Part shown: positions 1-9,546 of the stretch, piece by piece
How the letters are laid out: every line of letters begins with the position of its first letter
Numbering within the stretch: the stretch's first letter is position 1
NCBI GenBank assembly: GCA_027118455.1
Contig: JAJAYZ010000038.1
Span: 4,422-68,421, forward strand
Origin: Actinomycetes bacterium
GTDB lineage: Bacteria > Actinomycetota > Actinomycetes > JAHEKZ01
DNA: 64,000 nt
Direction: 5' to 3'
Notes under the pieces: model-generated
Told to the model about the DNA's origin: nothing
Databases searched by the model: none
What the model saw: only the letters and a program-made list of their open reading frames with translations
Position numbers and translations under genes: made by a program

Positions 1-168
1 GCTGCCGTCGGCATCGTTGTCGACGATCACGGTGATGAGGTCGACGTGGTCGGGCACCTCGAGCTGAGCCAGACTCTGCAGCAACGAGGCAAGACCAACC
101 GGGCGGTGCAGGGTCGCAGCGCAGATCGCGATTCTGGTGCGCTCGCCCGCATGGAGGGGGGTCACCAC
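1..168 (-). CDS. Glycosyltransferase family 2, 5' partial (N-terminal about 56 aa; gene runs off the left edge)
   Basis: The reverse-complement frame reads VVTPLHAGERTRIAICAATLHRPVGLASLLQSLAQLEVPDHVDLITVIVDNDADGS. This is a typical GT2 N-terminus (hydrophobic strand then (I/V)VDNxxDxS). A GTG start at 166-168 lies 8 nt downstream of the stop of the preceding minus-strand gene. It is absent from the ORF track because it is truncated by the window edge. Confidence 0.45.
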   Translation of the reverse strand, partial: MVTPLHAGERTRIAICAATLHRPVGLASLLQSLAQLEVPDHVDLITVIVDNDADGS

Positions 169-175
169 AAGATCC

Positions 176-1693
176 TCACTCGCCCCGCCGTCCAAAGACC
201 GCCGCGGCGGTTCGCAGCAGGATCTTGATGTCCCACCAGAGTGACCAGTTCTCGATGTAGTAGTTGTCGTAAAGGGCGCGCTCAGCGATGGACGTGTCAC
301 CGCGAAGCCGATTGATCTGGGCCCACCCGGTGATCCCGGCTGGGACGCGATGGCGGCTGGTGTAGCGCGGAACCTCCGCCGAGAAGTGTGAGACGAAGTG
401 GGGTCGCTCCGGACGGGGGCCCACCAGGCTCATGTCTCCGGTGAGCACGTTCCAGAGCTGCGGCATCTCGTCAAGAGACGTGGTTCGCAGCAGCCGTCCG
501 ACGCGACCAACGCGCTCATCGTCCTTGATCGTCCAGTTGGTTTGGGACTCCGACTCGGTGGTCGGGCACATGCTTCGGAACTTGAGCATCTCGAAGGTGC
601 GTCCATCGAGTCCGACCCGCTCCTGTCGGAACAGGACCCTGGGGCCACCCTCGATCCGAACGGCTATGGCACACAAAGCCATGACGGGTGAGAGCAGGAC
701 AAGTGCGGTTCCGGAAACGATGATATCCATCACGCGCTTGAGGCGCCACGACAGGCTGCGGTAGGGCGATCGGCGTAGCCGGACGAGCGGAACTCCTCGG
801 ACGTCGTCGACCTCGCGGGAGGTGTTGTGCAGCTCAAAGAGGCGAGGGACGTAGTAGATGTCGCATTCCAGCCGGGCACACGTGCGCAGGACGTCGACCA
901 GTTCGGACTCAGGAAGAGAGGCAAAGGCGACGATGACCCGACTCACGTGGTTCTGCTCGACCACAGAGCCAACGTCATGCCAGGTTCCGAGGAGCGGAGC
1001 CGGCAACTCGCTCGGTCGATCGACCCGGGGATCGCTGTCGAGGAACCCGATGGGGTCAAGGCCGTACTCGCGGTAGTTCCGAAGGGCATGGGTGAGTCGG
1101 ATCCCCACGTGACCAGCACCGATGACCAGGGCGGTGTGCCTGGCCCAACCAGACTGACGAGAGTGGCGCAAGAGGACGTAAAGGCCGAAGCGCACGACGA
1201 CGAGTGCGGCCAGTGCGGCGAGCAGTCGTGTGACGCCAGCGCTGACGGAGAATGCGTCAGCCGATGCGGCAGCGACGACAAGGCCTGCGCTCATGCCAAC
1301 GATGCTGCTGAGGAAGAGCCGAGGGATGTCGTCGAGCAGCGACAGGTGCAAGCGCGCCTGGTAGAGCCCGAGAGCCGAGAGAGTGAGCAGCCCGGCGGCA
1401 AGAGTCGCGGCGGTTGCCCACGACCAGGGCTCACCGAACTGGCCTGCAGCCAGTAGTGCCAACGCGTCACCGATGAACAGGTAAGGCGCCGCCCCCCAAC
1501 GGCGCCAGACGCCCACCGATCGCGATGCCGACTTGGCGCTTGGGCTGGTGGTGACGACCAGGCTCGATGGCGGCGCGGCGGGCGGGCCGAGGTTCGCGGT
1601 CGTTGTGGGGGAAGAGTCCACAATTGTGGCATTTGGGGAAGTGAACACAGGTGTATCGGATCCGTGAACGTGCCGGCTGCCCAACGCCCTCAC
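176..1693 (-). CDS. Polyprenyl-phosphate hexose-1-phosphate transferase, bacterial sugar transferase family (WbaP/EpsL-like initiating enzyme)
   Basis: 505-aa ORF. The C-terminal catalytic block PRPERPHFVSHFSAEVPRYTSRHRVPAGITGWAQINRLRGDTSIAERALYDNYYIENWSLWWDIKILLRTA is the Bac_transf signature. Several TM helices lie upstream. The first about 60 aa are low-complexity, so the true start may be an internal GTG near 1513. Confidence 0.9.
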   Translation of the reverse strand: MRALGSRHVHGSDTPVFTSPNATIVDSSPTTTANLGPPAAPPSSLVVTTSPSAKSASRSVGVWRRWGAAPYLFIGDALALLAAGQFGEPWSWATAATLAAGLLTLSALGLYQARLHLSLLDDIPRLFLSSIVGMSAGLVVAAASADAFSVSAGVTRLLAALAALVVVRFGLYVLLRHSRQSGWARHTALVIGAGHVGIRLTHALRNYREYGLDPIGFLDSDPRVDRPSELPAPLLGTWHDVGSVVEQNHVSRVIVAFASLPESELVDVLRTCARLECDIYYVPRLFELHNTSREVDDVRGVPLVRLRRSPYRSLSWRLKRVMDIIVSGTALVLLSPVMALCAIAVRIEGGPRVLFRQERVGLDGRTFEMLKFRSMCPTTESESQTNWTIKDDERVGRVGRLLRTTSLDEMPQLWNVLTGDMSLVGPRPERPHFVSHFSAEVPRYTSRHRVPAGITGWAQINRLRGDTSIAERALYDNYYIENWSLWWDIKILLRTAAAVFGRRGE

Positions 1694-2034
1694 TCTTGCT
1701 GCCCCCTGCCTGGTGTTGCTTGGTTAACTCGGTCGCGACGCCCCGACCACGCGCCGCCGGGTAGGCATCGCGTCGAGACCAGTAGCCGAAGCGAATCCTC
1801 ACACATCGAGGATGAGCGTCACCAGAAGTTACCCATCTCGACCCCAAAAGCGCACCCAACATTCAGGTTTTGGTCACCTTCGAGCCCAACAATGTCACCC
1901 GAATGGGTTGACGGTCCTTACAGGCCGTCACCGTTGGTCACCAACAGTTGATGACCAGTGGTAGGTCTGGATTCACCTTAGCGACCGCCGACGCCTACGT
2001 GGGTGTGCCGGCGTCTTTTCGTCACTTTTGGCTG

Positions 2035-3510
2035 CTACTTGACGGCGACATTGCCGCTGACCGTGGTCGCTGAGTTGACCCCGAACCACTGCGGGTAGTC
2101 GCGGTTCTCCACGCCCATGGTGTTGTTGACAATCCGGACACCTGTCGTGGTGTACCCGTTCTTGTCGAGAGCGAAGACGTACTTTGCAGCTCGACCTCGG
2201 ATGATGTTGTCCGCGATCACGACGTCGCTGATGTTGCCAAAGCCGGCCACCAGCATGAACGCAGAGGTCTGGTAGCCCGATCCGTCTCCGTAGGGCGACT
2301 TGCCGGTATTCGTACCGGCCACCTGGCCCTTGGCGAACGACCAGGTATCAAAGCGGTTGTGCTGGAACACCATGTGCGATCCCTTGGTGGCCTGCACGCT
2401 GTCGTTGTGCGTCATGCCGCTGGTTTGGGCAGAGTCGGTCGTGTAGAAGAGGTCATGGATCCAGGTGTCGCGCACGTCCACGTTGCCTTCAGCCTTCAGC
2501 CCGTCGATCGTGCCGAGTATCTCCACACGCCGGAGGGTGTAGTTCGAATACTTCAGGGCCGACCCCTCACTGACTCCCTGCGGGTTACCCAGCGTGCTCA
2601 ACCACATGCGGAAGTTCGAGTGGGTATTGGTGGTCCCACCCCAGACCCTGCTGCACTTGACGGTGACATTGTCGTGGTCGATGTACAGGCGGCCGGTGAT
2701 CTCGACGTTCGAGATGACCTGACCGTTCTGGGTGGTGCGAAGGTCACCGTCGATCTTCTTGAGCTGCGCTGACGCTGGCACTCCGGTGGTCTCGGCGTCC
2801 GGATAGCCGGTGAGGGGCGGCGGAAGCTCGTTGCTGGCGCACAGATCGGTGTTCGTGGTCGGAGAGGGGCTGGGGGTCGGGGTTGGGGTAGGTGACGCTG
2901 TGCTCGGCGTTGGGGTGGGAGTAGAGCTCGGAGGGGGTGAGGGGGGTGCGCTCGACGAGGCGGAGGGACTCGGGGTGGGGCTGAGGGGCGGCTGGTCTCC
3001 TGTGCCAGTAGCTGCCGACCCGGACACCTTGAACTTCGTCGTCGTTGAGATGGAGAAGCCATTGCTGAACTGCGCGAGCGCGATCACCTGGTGATCGCCA
3101 GCGGAGAGGCCAGCAAGGTGCCAGGGGTTAGCGGTGCCTTGAGTCGCGCCCAACATGTCAAACTCGGTAGTCACCGGTGCGCCATCGACGTGCTCGGCTA
3201 CTGCCGTGTGGTCCGGAGTCCCGCTTCCGGGCCGATCGACCCAGAACCGAACCTCGGTGGCGCCGGGCACCGTCGCGAACACGTAGATGTCGGTGCGGTC
3301 GACCATCCCGACCAGACGCCCAGCGTTGCTGTGATCGGCAGACAGGCTGAAGTTGAGCCCGACTCGCGCGGGACTCGACCCAAGAGCCGCAGGGACGGCG
3401 ATGGCGATGGCGAGCGTTGAGACCACGAGATAGGCGATGACCGTCCATCGCTTTTCGGTGGCTCCTGAGATCAACTGTGCGGCGCGGCCGTGAGTCACGT
3501 GGTGCTCCAT
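2035..3510 (-). CDS. Membrane-anchored exported protein: Ig-like domain, Pro/Thr/Ser-rich linker, right-handed parallel beta-helix (pectate-lyase-like fold)
   Basis: 491 aa. There is one N-terminal TM (WTVIAYLVVSTLAIAIAVPAALG). A long PT linker follows (PSPSASSSAPPSPPPSSTPTPTPSTASPTPTPTPSPSP). The C-terminal region has repeating beta-helix rungs (NVEITGRLYIDHDNVTVKCSRVWGG..NIIRGRAAKYVFALDKNGYTTTGVRIVNNTMG). Confidence 0.65.
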   Translation of the reverse strand: MEHHVTHGRAAQLISGATEKRWTVIAYLVVSTLAIAIAVPAALGSSPARVGLNFSLSADHSNAGRLVGMVDRTDIYVFATVPGATEVRFWVDRPGSGTPDHTAVAEHVDGAPVTTEFDMLGATQGTANPWHLAGLSAGDHQVIALAQFSNGFSISTTTKFKVSGSAATGTGDQPPLSPTPSPSASSSAPPSPPPSSTPTPTPSTASPTPTPTPSPSPTTNTDLCASNELPPPLTGYPDAETTGVPASAQLKKIDGDLRTTQNGQVISNVEITGRLYIDHDNVTVKCSRVWGGTTNTHSNFRMWLSTLGNPQGVSEGSALKYSNYTLRRVEILGTIDGLKAEGNVDVRDTWIHDLFYTTDSAQTSGMTHNDSVQATKGSHMVFQHNRFDTWSFAKGQVAGTNTGKSPYGDGSGYQTSAFMLVAGFGNISDVVIADNIIRGRAAKYVFALDKNGYTTTGVRIVNNTMGVENRDYPQWFGVNSATTVSGNVAVK

Positions 3511-3729
3511 CAGGGGAGACGAGAATTTGTCTCTGCAGACTTCGACTACGCAAAATCACCCCTGAAGGCCGCTCGACGAACGTCACCCGTTTGCCGTCGT
3601 CATTTGTGCCTAGTCTCGATGCGCCGTCCTCCGAATGGGTGGTGAAGGCATTGATGGAACCGTTACAAATGCCGCGATTCACCCGCTCGTGCTGCTCATG
3701 AGTAGCATTGGGGGAGAGGTGGGTGGCTA

Positions 3730-4905
3730 GTGAAAAACGAACGTGCCGAACGAGATCGCAGACCCTTGACGGTCATGATGGTGTCGTACGCCTCTGCCCT
3801 GGGCGGTGCCGAGCGGAGTCTTTTGACTTTGGCGACTCACCTCGGTGTACGCGGCGTGAATCCGATACTCGTGTGCCCAGATGGCCCGCTTGCCGACCGA
3901 GCTTTGGGACTGGGGCTGACCGTTGCTCGCAGTCCCCTTTCGGCCCCCCGTCGGGTGAGTCGCCGCCGATCCACGGGCAAGAATTACTCGCCAACAGCAA
4001 TGGCTGCCCGCGGCCGTAACAGTCTCAAGGACTCTCGATTGCTACGTCGAGTGGCCGTTGAGCACGGCGCCGACCTGCTGCACAGCAACTCGCTACCCGG
4101 ACATCTGCCCACCGCGCTAGCTGGTCGTCTCGCGCGGGCTCCGGTGGTGTGGCACCTGCGCGAGATCGTCGAGCCTGGCCCCGGCCGGGAAGTGTTGTCC
4201 CTCATGGGCCGGCTCACGGAGGGCATGGTGGCGATCAGCGACGCTGTTGCGGCGTCCGTACGACACCCCCGCGTGTGGACGGTGTACAACCCGGTTTCGG
4301 AACCACCAGCCGTCGTTGCACGACCCACGTGGTCATTGCCCAAACCCCTGGTCGGCTATCTCGGGCGCATTGATCCCAGCAAAGGTATCGAGCACCTGAT
4401 CGTCGCGGCCGGACTCTTCAGCGCGGAAGTCGCCATCGTGGGAGATCTGGATGCGGCGCAGCCTGACTATGTCGCCAGCCTGCGGGCCTTGGCTGGGCGT
4501 CACGCTCCCGAGCATGTCCATTTCATGGGGGCGGTCGAAGAGCCATGGGGTGCCTTGGCAGAGTTTGACGTGCTGGTCGTGCCTTCGCTGGCCGAGCCTT
4601 TCGGTCGGGTGGCTGCTGAGGGCCAACGCGCAGGAGTGGTGGTAGTCGCGGCCGGTGCCGGTGGCCTCCCCGAGATCGTCACCGATGGGGAAGACGGCCT
4701 TATTTACCAGCCAGGCGATCGCGTAGCCCTGGCCAAGTCGGTCGAGAGCGTGCTGGCCGCCCCAGCGCTGGCCGAACGGCTGCGGTCGGCGGGCAAGGTG
4801 AGCTCGGAACGATTCGACCCCAGCCAGCACGCCGATGCGATGGCAGCGATCTTCAACGAGTGCGTTGGTCCTGATTCCCGCCCGGCCCCGAGAGGTGGCC
4901 GATAG
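3730..4905 (+). CDS. Glycosyltransferase family 4 (GT-B, retaining)
   Basis: The C-terminal GT4 motif EPFGRVAAEGQRAGVVVVAAGAGGLPEIVTDGEDGLIYQPGD is present. GTG start at 3730 with an upstream GGAGAGG. It is divergent from the beta-helix gene. Confidence 0.85.
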   Translation: MKNERAERDRRPLTVMMVSYASALGGAERSLLTLATHLGVRGVNPILVCPDGPLADRALGLGLTVARSPLSAPRRVSRRRSTGKNYSPTAMAARGRNSLKDSRLLRRVAVEHGADLLHSNSLPGHLPTALAGRLARAPVVWHLREIVEPGPGREVLSLMGRLTEGMVAISDAVAASVRHPRVWTVYNPVSEPPAVVARPTWSLPKPLVGYLGRIDPSKGIEHLIVAAGLFSAEVAIVGDLDAAQPDYVASLRALAGRHAPEHVHFMGAVEEPWGALAEFDVLVVPSLAEPFGRVAAEGQRAGVVVVAAGAGGLPEIVTDGEDGLIYQPGDRVALAKSVESVLAAPALAERLRSAGKVSSERFDPSQHADAMAAIFNECVGPDSRPAPRGGR

Positions 4906-4981
4906 GATCGTTGGGCTTGTTGGTGGCCTTCATTTGCCGCGTAAGGCCGCACGGCTCATGTTTGACCTGAGGGGAATCTGA

Positions 4982-6127
4982 ATGAGAAGCGTCATGGTGA
5001 CGAAGTTTGTGCCGTATCCGGCCAATGCTGGTGGAAGGATCCGCTCCCTCGCAATTCTGCGTCGGCTGCTGGACCAAGGGGAAGTTGTTCTCTGCTGCTT
5101 TGACGACGGCTCGTCGGATGCTGCCGAACTGCGTCGCCTTGGCATTGATGTTCGAACCGTCCCCTGGGACACCAGCGTGCCCAACGTCGTACGGGGTATC
5201 GCGAAGGCCCACAGTGGCTCGGCGGGTAGGTTCTGGGACCGGCGACTTGCCGCACTGGTCCGGCGGGCCTGCGCTGAGCAGCCAGCGGATCTGCTTCAGG
5301 TCGAGTACTCGCAGCTGGCTCCCTATCTTGACGTCGGATCTGCCCGACTCAAGGTCCTTGACTTCCACAACATCGAGTCATCGCTCGCGTTGAGCTTTGC
5401 GCGTAGCTCACGTGAGCTCAAAGCTTGGCTCGCCTATCCCGAGTCGGTCCTGCTTCGACGACTGGAGAAGAAGGGCGCAGAACGGGCAGATTTAGTCCTG
5501 GTGGTCAGCGAGGAAGACCGACAGCGTCTCCCCGGTCGTCCCCGTGAGGTCTTGGTCTGCCCCAACGGTTGGGACCCGGGTGAAGTTCTCCCTGCGTCGA
5601 CCGAACCCGTCGCTGCGTTCGTTGCCTTAATGGGCTGGAAACCGAACTCAGACGCTGCGGTCTGGCTGGCTCGTGAGGTTTGGCCGCTGGTCCGAGCTTC
5701 TGTCCCGGATGCGCGGCTTCTCCTGGTCGGGAGAGAGCCTGGTCGGGTGGTAACCGACCTTGCGGCACCGGACATTGAGGTGACCGGCACAGTTCCCGAG
5801 ATCGCGCCCTACTTGCAGCAGTCGATGGTGGCCTTGGCTCCGCTGTTGTCAGGAGGAGGGACCAGGCTGAAGGTTTTGGAGGCACTCAATTCCGGCCGAC
5901 CCCTGGTTTCTACGAGCGTCGGCATTGACGGTCTCACCGACCTGATCGGCAAGGGGGTCTTCGTGGGTGACAGTCCTGCGGATTTCGCCAAAGAGATCGT
6001 CGACCTCTTCGGCGACCCCGAGCGGGCCAGAAAAGCCGGGCTCGAAGGGGCCGAAGCGGCCCGCACCCACTACTCCTGGGACGGCACGCTTCGTTCCTGG
6101 AGCGAGAGAATTTCTCGATTGAAGTGA
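4982..6127 (+). CDS. Glycosyltransferase family 4
   Basis: 381 aa. The N-terminal GT-B Rossmann half starts MVTKFVPYPANAGGRIRS. The C-terminal part has LKVLEALNSGRPLVSTSVGIDGLTD..GVFVGDSPADF. Confidence 0.85.
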   Translation: MRSVMVTKFVPYPANAGGRIRSLAILRRLLDQGEVVLCCFDDGSSDAAELRRLGIDVRTVPWDTSVPNVVRGIAKAHSGSAGRFWDRRLAALVRRACAEQPADLLQVEYSQLAPYLDVGSARLKVLDFHNIESSLALSFARSSRELKAWLAYPESVLLRRLEKKGAERADLVLVVSEEDRQRLPGRPREVLVCPNGWDPGEVLPASTEPVAAFVALMGWKPNSDAAVWLAREVWPLVRASVPDARLLLVGREPGRVVTDLAAPDIEVTGTVPEIAPYLQQSMVALAPLLSGGGTRLKVLEALNSGRPLVSTSVGIDGLTDLIGKGVFVGDSPADFAKEIVDLFGDPERARKAGLEGAEAARTHYSWDGTLRSWSERISRLK

Positions 6128-6131
6128 GACT

Positions 6132-7550
6132 TTGACGAGCGCGGTCCCCCTGGTTGCCGGCGGCATCCTCGTCGTTGGGTTCTTCGCCGCATGTCTGCGC
6201 TGGGAGCGACAGGGGCGAAGCGAACTGGCCGTCGTGACAATCCTCGCGGTGCTGGTCGCCGATGTGGTGCTGTACGCAGAGACCTCGTCGGCGTCGCTCG
6301 TCAGCGTCATGCAGCCGCGCCTGGGTGGTCAAGGCCTTCGACTGGTACAGCTGGCAGTGCTCGTGGCGCTGGCTGCACGCTTCCTCGTGCAGGGCATCCC
6401 CCGAAGGTGGGTGAGGTCGACGCCGCTATGGCTGGGGTTCTTCGTCTGGGTGGCTGCATCTGGGGTCGTCGGCTACCTCCAAGGTCACACGCCTCCCCTG
6501 ATACTGCGCCAGGCCATGATCATCCCCATGATTGGCGGAGGAATGCTGCTGATCGGTGGGGTTCAGGCCCGCCAGTACGTGCAGAGCGTTGCGCTTCGGC
6601 GGCTGTTCGGCGGGGCAGCTGTCGCCGCTTCCCTTCTGCTCATCGTGGACACCTTTGGGTCGACGCTCACCACCAACGCCATCCCCGGTCTCCCCGTGCA
6701 GTCCTTCGGGCTCTATGGCGCCGATGCCGGCACCGTCTTTGCGGGCCTGGGGATGGTCGGTTTGGCCATCGGTCTGTATTCACCCAAAGGAAGTCGGGAC
6801 CGAGCTCTCTGGCTGGTCCCCGGCGTTGTTCTGATGCTCAGCCTGTTCGCGACGTCTCAACGTGCGGCGCGCCTCGGCCTCTTCGTAGGTTGCGTGATCC
6901 TGGCCGTCGCCGCACTGACAGCCGTTGGTCGGCAGAGGTTCCTCTTCAACCGGCGGGCTTTTCTGCTGGGCGCGCTGGGGACTCTAGGTGTTGTCTTGGG
7001 GATCGCCTTCGTGGCGGCAGCTGTCAACCCATGGGAGCACACCGAGAACAGGACATCTGCGACTCCTGACTTCAAGAACCCGTTCGCCGCAACCAGTCGA
7101 GAAGGGTCCATCCTTTCTCGCTATCACCAGTGGGACGTTGCCCGGGACCAGATCTTGGCTGCCCCCTTCATGGGCGGGGGACTTGGTGGGACAGCTCGCC
7201 ACTTCGAAGAAGGGTCAAAGGAGGTCGTTGAAAGCGACATCTTCCACAACATCGGTCTCGACCTATTGAGTCGACTCGGGTTGGTGGGCTTCCTCCTGGC
7301 GGTCGGCGCCGTTGTCGCTCTCTCGCTCGAGACGATTGATGTATGGCGACGGGATCAAGACAACCTCGTGGCTGCCCTCGCCATCGGTGGTCTGGCGACG
7401 ACCGGAGGGATCCTGGCCAAAGGGATGGTCGAGTCGGTGTTCGAAAAGGACCGGCTTGCCGTTCTTATCGGGGTCGGACTGGGATTCATGGTCAGCGCAG
7501 TCTTGACGCACCACTCGACACGTCAGGCCGCTCTGGAGAATCGAGGCTAG
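6132..7550 (+). CDS. O-antigen ligase / polymerase family (Wzy_C) polytopic membrane protein
   Basis: 472 aa with about 11 predicted TM helices and one large extracytoplasmic loop. The loop contains the ..IFHNIGLDLLSRLGLVGFLL.. block characteristic of Wzy_C. TTG start abuts the upstream GT4 stop. Confidence 0.75.
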   Translation: MTSAVPLVAGGILVVGFFAACLRWERQGRSELAVVTILAVLVADVVLYAETSSASLVSVMQPRLGGQGLRLVQLAVLVALAARFLVQGIPRRWVRSTPLWLGFFVWVAASGVVGYLQGHTPPLILRQAMIIPMIGGGMLLIGGVQARQYVQSVALRRLFGGAAVAASLLLIVDTFGSTLTTNAIPGLPVQSFGLYGADAGTVFAGLGMVGLAIGLYSPKGSRDRALWLVPGVVLMLSLFATSQRAARLGLFVGCVILAVAALTAVGRQRFLFNRRAFLLGALGTLGVVLGIAFVAAAVNPWEHTENRTSATPDFKNPFAATSREGSILSRYHQWDVARDQILAAPFMGGGLGGTARHFEEGSKEVVESDIFHNIGLDLLSRLGLVGFLLAVGAVVALSLETIDVWRRDQDNLVAALAIGGLATTGGILAKGMVESVFEKDRLAVLIGVGLGFMVSAVLTHHSTRQAALENRG

Positions 7551-7683
7551 ACACCCCGCGTGTCTGCCGAATGGGGGAACTGCTGCTCATCGCAGGAGTT
7601 CTGACGCGGGCCGCCAGGCTGCCGGGTACCGTTGGCCTGGAATCATGCGACGTCAACGCGGGCGATCAGGGAAGAAGAGGGAG

Positions 7684-9546
7684 ATGCACGTGCCAACGGC
7701 ATCTCCGGTCCCAGCGAGTCCAAACACGGTGACTCCCGACGACGCCCCTCCCGCGCGCAGGGGGCGAGCAACGCCGCTTCGAGTCGCGCGTGACATGCGA
7801 GCTGCCTGGCGACGAACCGCCCCATTTTTCGGCGCTTCGCGTGGCGCGATTTTGGCCCTTGCCGCCGCATCACTGCTCGGGGGCCTTGCGGAGGCTGTTC
7901 TGCTCACGCTGATCGCCGCCGCGGCAAACGCCATCGCGCTCGGAGAGTCAGAAGTCGAGACTGGACTGGGCCCGCTATCTGTCAACGCGGGGCTCTCAAC
8001 TCTGTTCGCGATTGGCATCGGTCTTGCGGTCCTGCGAGGCGCACTTCAGATTCTGGTGGCCTATCTGCCTGCCAAGATGAGCGCCAACGCAAACTCCGCA
8101 TTGCGCCGAAACCTGTTCGACGCGTTCACGAGCTCGTCGTGGACGGTCCAGTCGGCCGAGCGGGACGGGCATTTCCAGTCGCTCATCAACGGTCACGTGT
8201 CGCGGGCGTGCATGGCGATGATCGCCTTGGGCGCAGCCATCTCATCGTCGTTGATGCTGATGACACTGCTTGTTGCCGCACTTGCCTTGAGCGTGACGAC
8301 AGCACTCATCATCATTGGTGTCTCCGTCGGGTTGTTCGTCATCCTGAGGCCGCTCGCGCGGCGTCTGCGGGCCTACGCCACTGAGTTGAGCGCTGAGAAC
8401 GTTGAGTTCTCCAAGACCGCGCAGGAAGTGGTCCTCATGGCGGAGGAGACCCAGGTCTTTGGGGTTTCGGACTCCTACCGCCAGACCTTTTACGCCCAGC
8501 TCGAGAAGGTGCGACGCCCTTTGCTCCGTACCAGGTTCATGTCCAAGGGTCTGCCTGCGGCGTACCAGAGCCTGGCGCTACTCCTCGTTGTGGTCGCCCT
8601 TGCCATCATCTACGTCAATGGTGGCGCTGCGGTCGCATCAATGGGTGCCGTCGTGCTGTTGTTGATCCGGTCTATGAGTTATGGGCAGCAGGTACAGGCG
8701 TCCACGGCGAACCTTGATGAGCTGATCCCCTTCATGTATCGCCTTGGGGATGCCATGGACTATTACAGGGCAAACCCGCGCCAGGCCGGTGACCAGCCGG
8801 TACCTGATGTCGAGCGGATCGGACTGCGCGACGCGCACTTTGCCTACGTCCCGGGTGAAGACGTTCTTCGGGGGATCAGCTTCGAGGCGGTGACCGGGGA
8901 GGCCGTCGGGATCGTCGGGCCATCAGGGGCCGGAAAGTCCTCGTTGGTTCAGCTTCTCCTTCGCCTGCGTGACCCTGATTCCGGAATGCTGTTCGTCAAC
9001 GACTGCGATGCTCGTACGTTGGAGCTCTCTGGCTGGCAGCAGCAGGTCGCCTACGTGCCGCAGACTCCTCAGCTGATCTACGGGACCGTCGCTGAGAACA
9101 TCAAGTACTTCCGTGAGCACCTGTCGCGAGCTGAGATCCAGCGGGCCGCGGAGCGGGCGCACATCCACGACGAGATCATGTCGTGGCCGCAGGGATACGA
9201 CACGATCGTGGGTCAGCGAGCCTCGGCTGTTTCGGGTGGACAACGCCAACGATTGTGTCTGGCCAGAGCCCTGGCGGACAGCCCGCGCGTCTTGATTCTC
9301 GACGAGCCCACGAGTGCTCTCGATGTGAAGTCAGAGATGCTCGTGCAGGAGTCGCTGCGTGAGCTCAAGGGCGAGGTCATCTTGTTCCTGGTGGCACATC
9401 GCCTGTCGACCTTGTCGATCTGCAATCGCGTGATGGTCATCGTCAATGGACTCTTGGAGGCTATCGGTGAACCAGAGTCGCTGGTGCTGACCAATGACTT
9501 CTACCGGGAAGTGACGGAGATCACCCACAAGCAGGCGAATGCATGA
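7684..9546 (+). CDS. ABC transporter, fused permease/ATPase (MsbA-like exporter)
   Basis: An N-terminal 6-TM domain precedes the NBD. The NBD has Walker A GPSGAGKSS, signature LSGGQRQRLCLARAL, Walker B VLILDEPTSALD and H-loop VAHRL. The start is uncertain; the ORF opens at 7645, and the ATG at 7684 follows GAAGAGGGAG. Confidence 0.85.
   Translation: MHVPTASPVPASPNTVTPDDAPPARRGRATPLRVARDMRAAWRRTAPFFGASRGAILALAAASLLGGLAEAVLLTLIAAAANAIALGESEVETGLGPLSVNAGLSTLFAIGIGLAVLRGALQILVAYLPAKMSANANSALRRNLFDAFTSSSWTVQSAERDGHFQSLINGHVSRACMAMIALGAAISSSLMLMTLLVAALALSVTTALIIIGVSVGLFVILRPLARRLRAYATELSAENVEFSKTAQEVVLMAEETQVFGVSDSYRQTFYAQLEKVRRPLLRTRFMSKGLPAAYQSLALLLVVVALAIIYVNGGAAVASMGAVVLLLIRSMSYGQQVQASTANLDELIPFMYRLGDAMDYYRANPRQAGDQPVPDVERIGLRDAHFAYVPGEDVLRGISFEAVTGEAVGIVGPSGAGKSSLVQLLLRLRDPDSGMLFVNDCDARTLELSGWQQQVAYVPQTPQLIYGTVAENIKYFREHLSRAEIQRAAERAHIHDEIMSWPQGYDTIVGQRASAVSGGQRQRLCLARALADSPRVLILDEPTSALDVKSEMLVQESLRELKGEVILFLVAHRLSTLSICNRVMVIVNGLLEAIGEPESLVLTNDFYREVTEITHKQANA

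Noticed and set aside
1986-2020. Possible rho-independent terminator (GACGCC..14 nt..GGCGTC followed by TTTTCGTCACTTTTGG)
   Set aside because: The T-tract is on the plus strand, but no plus-strand gene ends there. The adjacent gene is on the minus strand and ends at 2035. The stem is short with a long loop. It could still terminate an unannotated sRNA, but the evidence is too weak.
6191-7069. 292-aa Arg/Gly-rich plus-strand ORF
   Set aside because: It is an alternative frame of the Wzy_C membrane protein. Its Arg/Pro/Gly-rich composition is typical of an off-frame translation of high-GC coding DNA.
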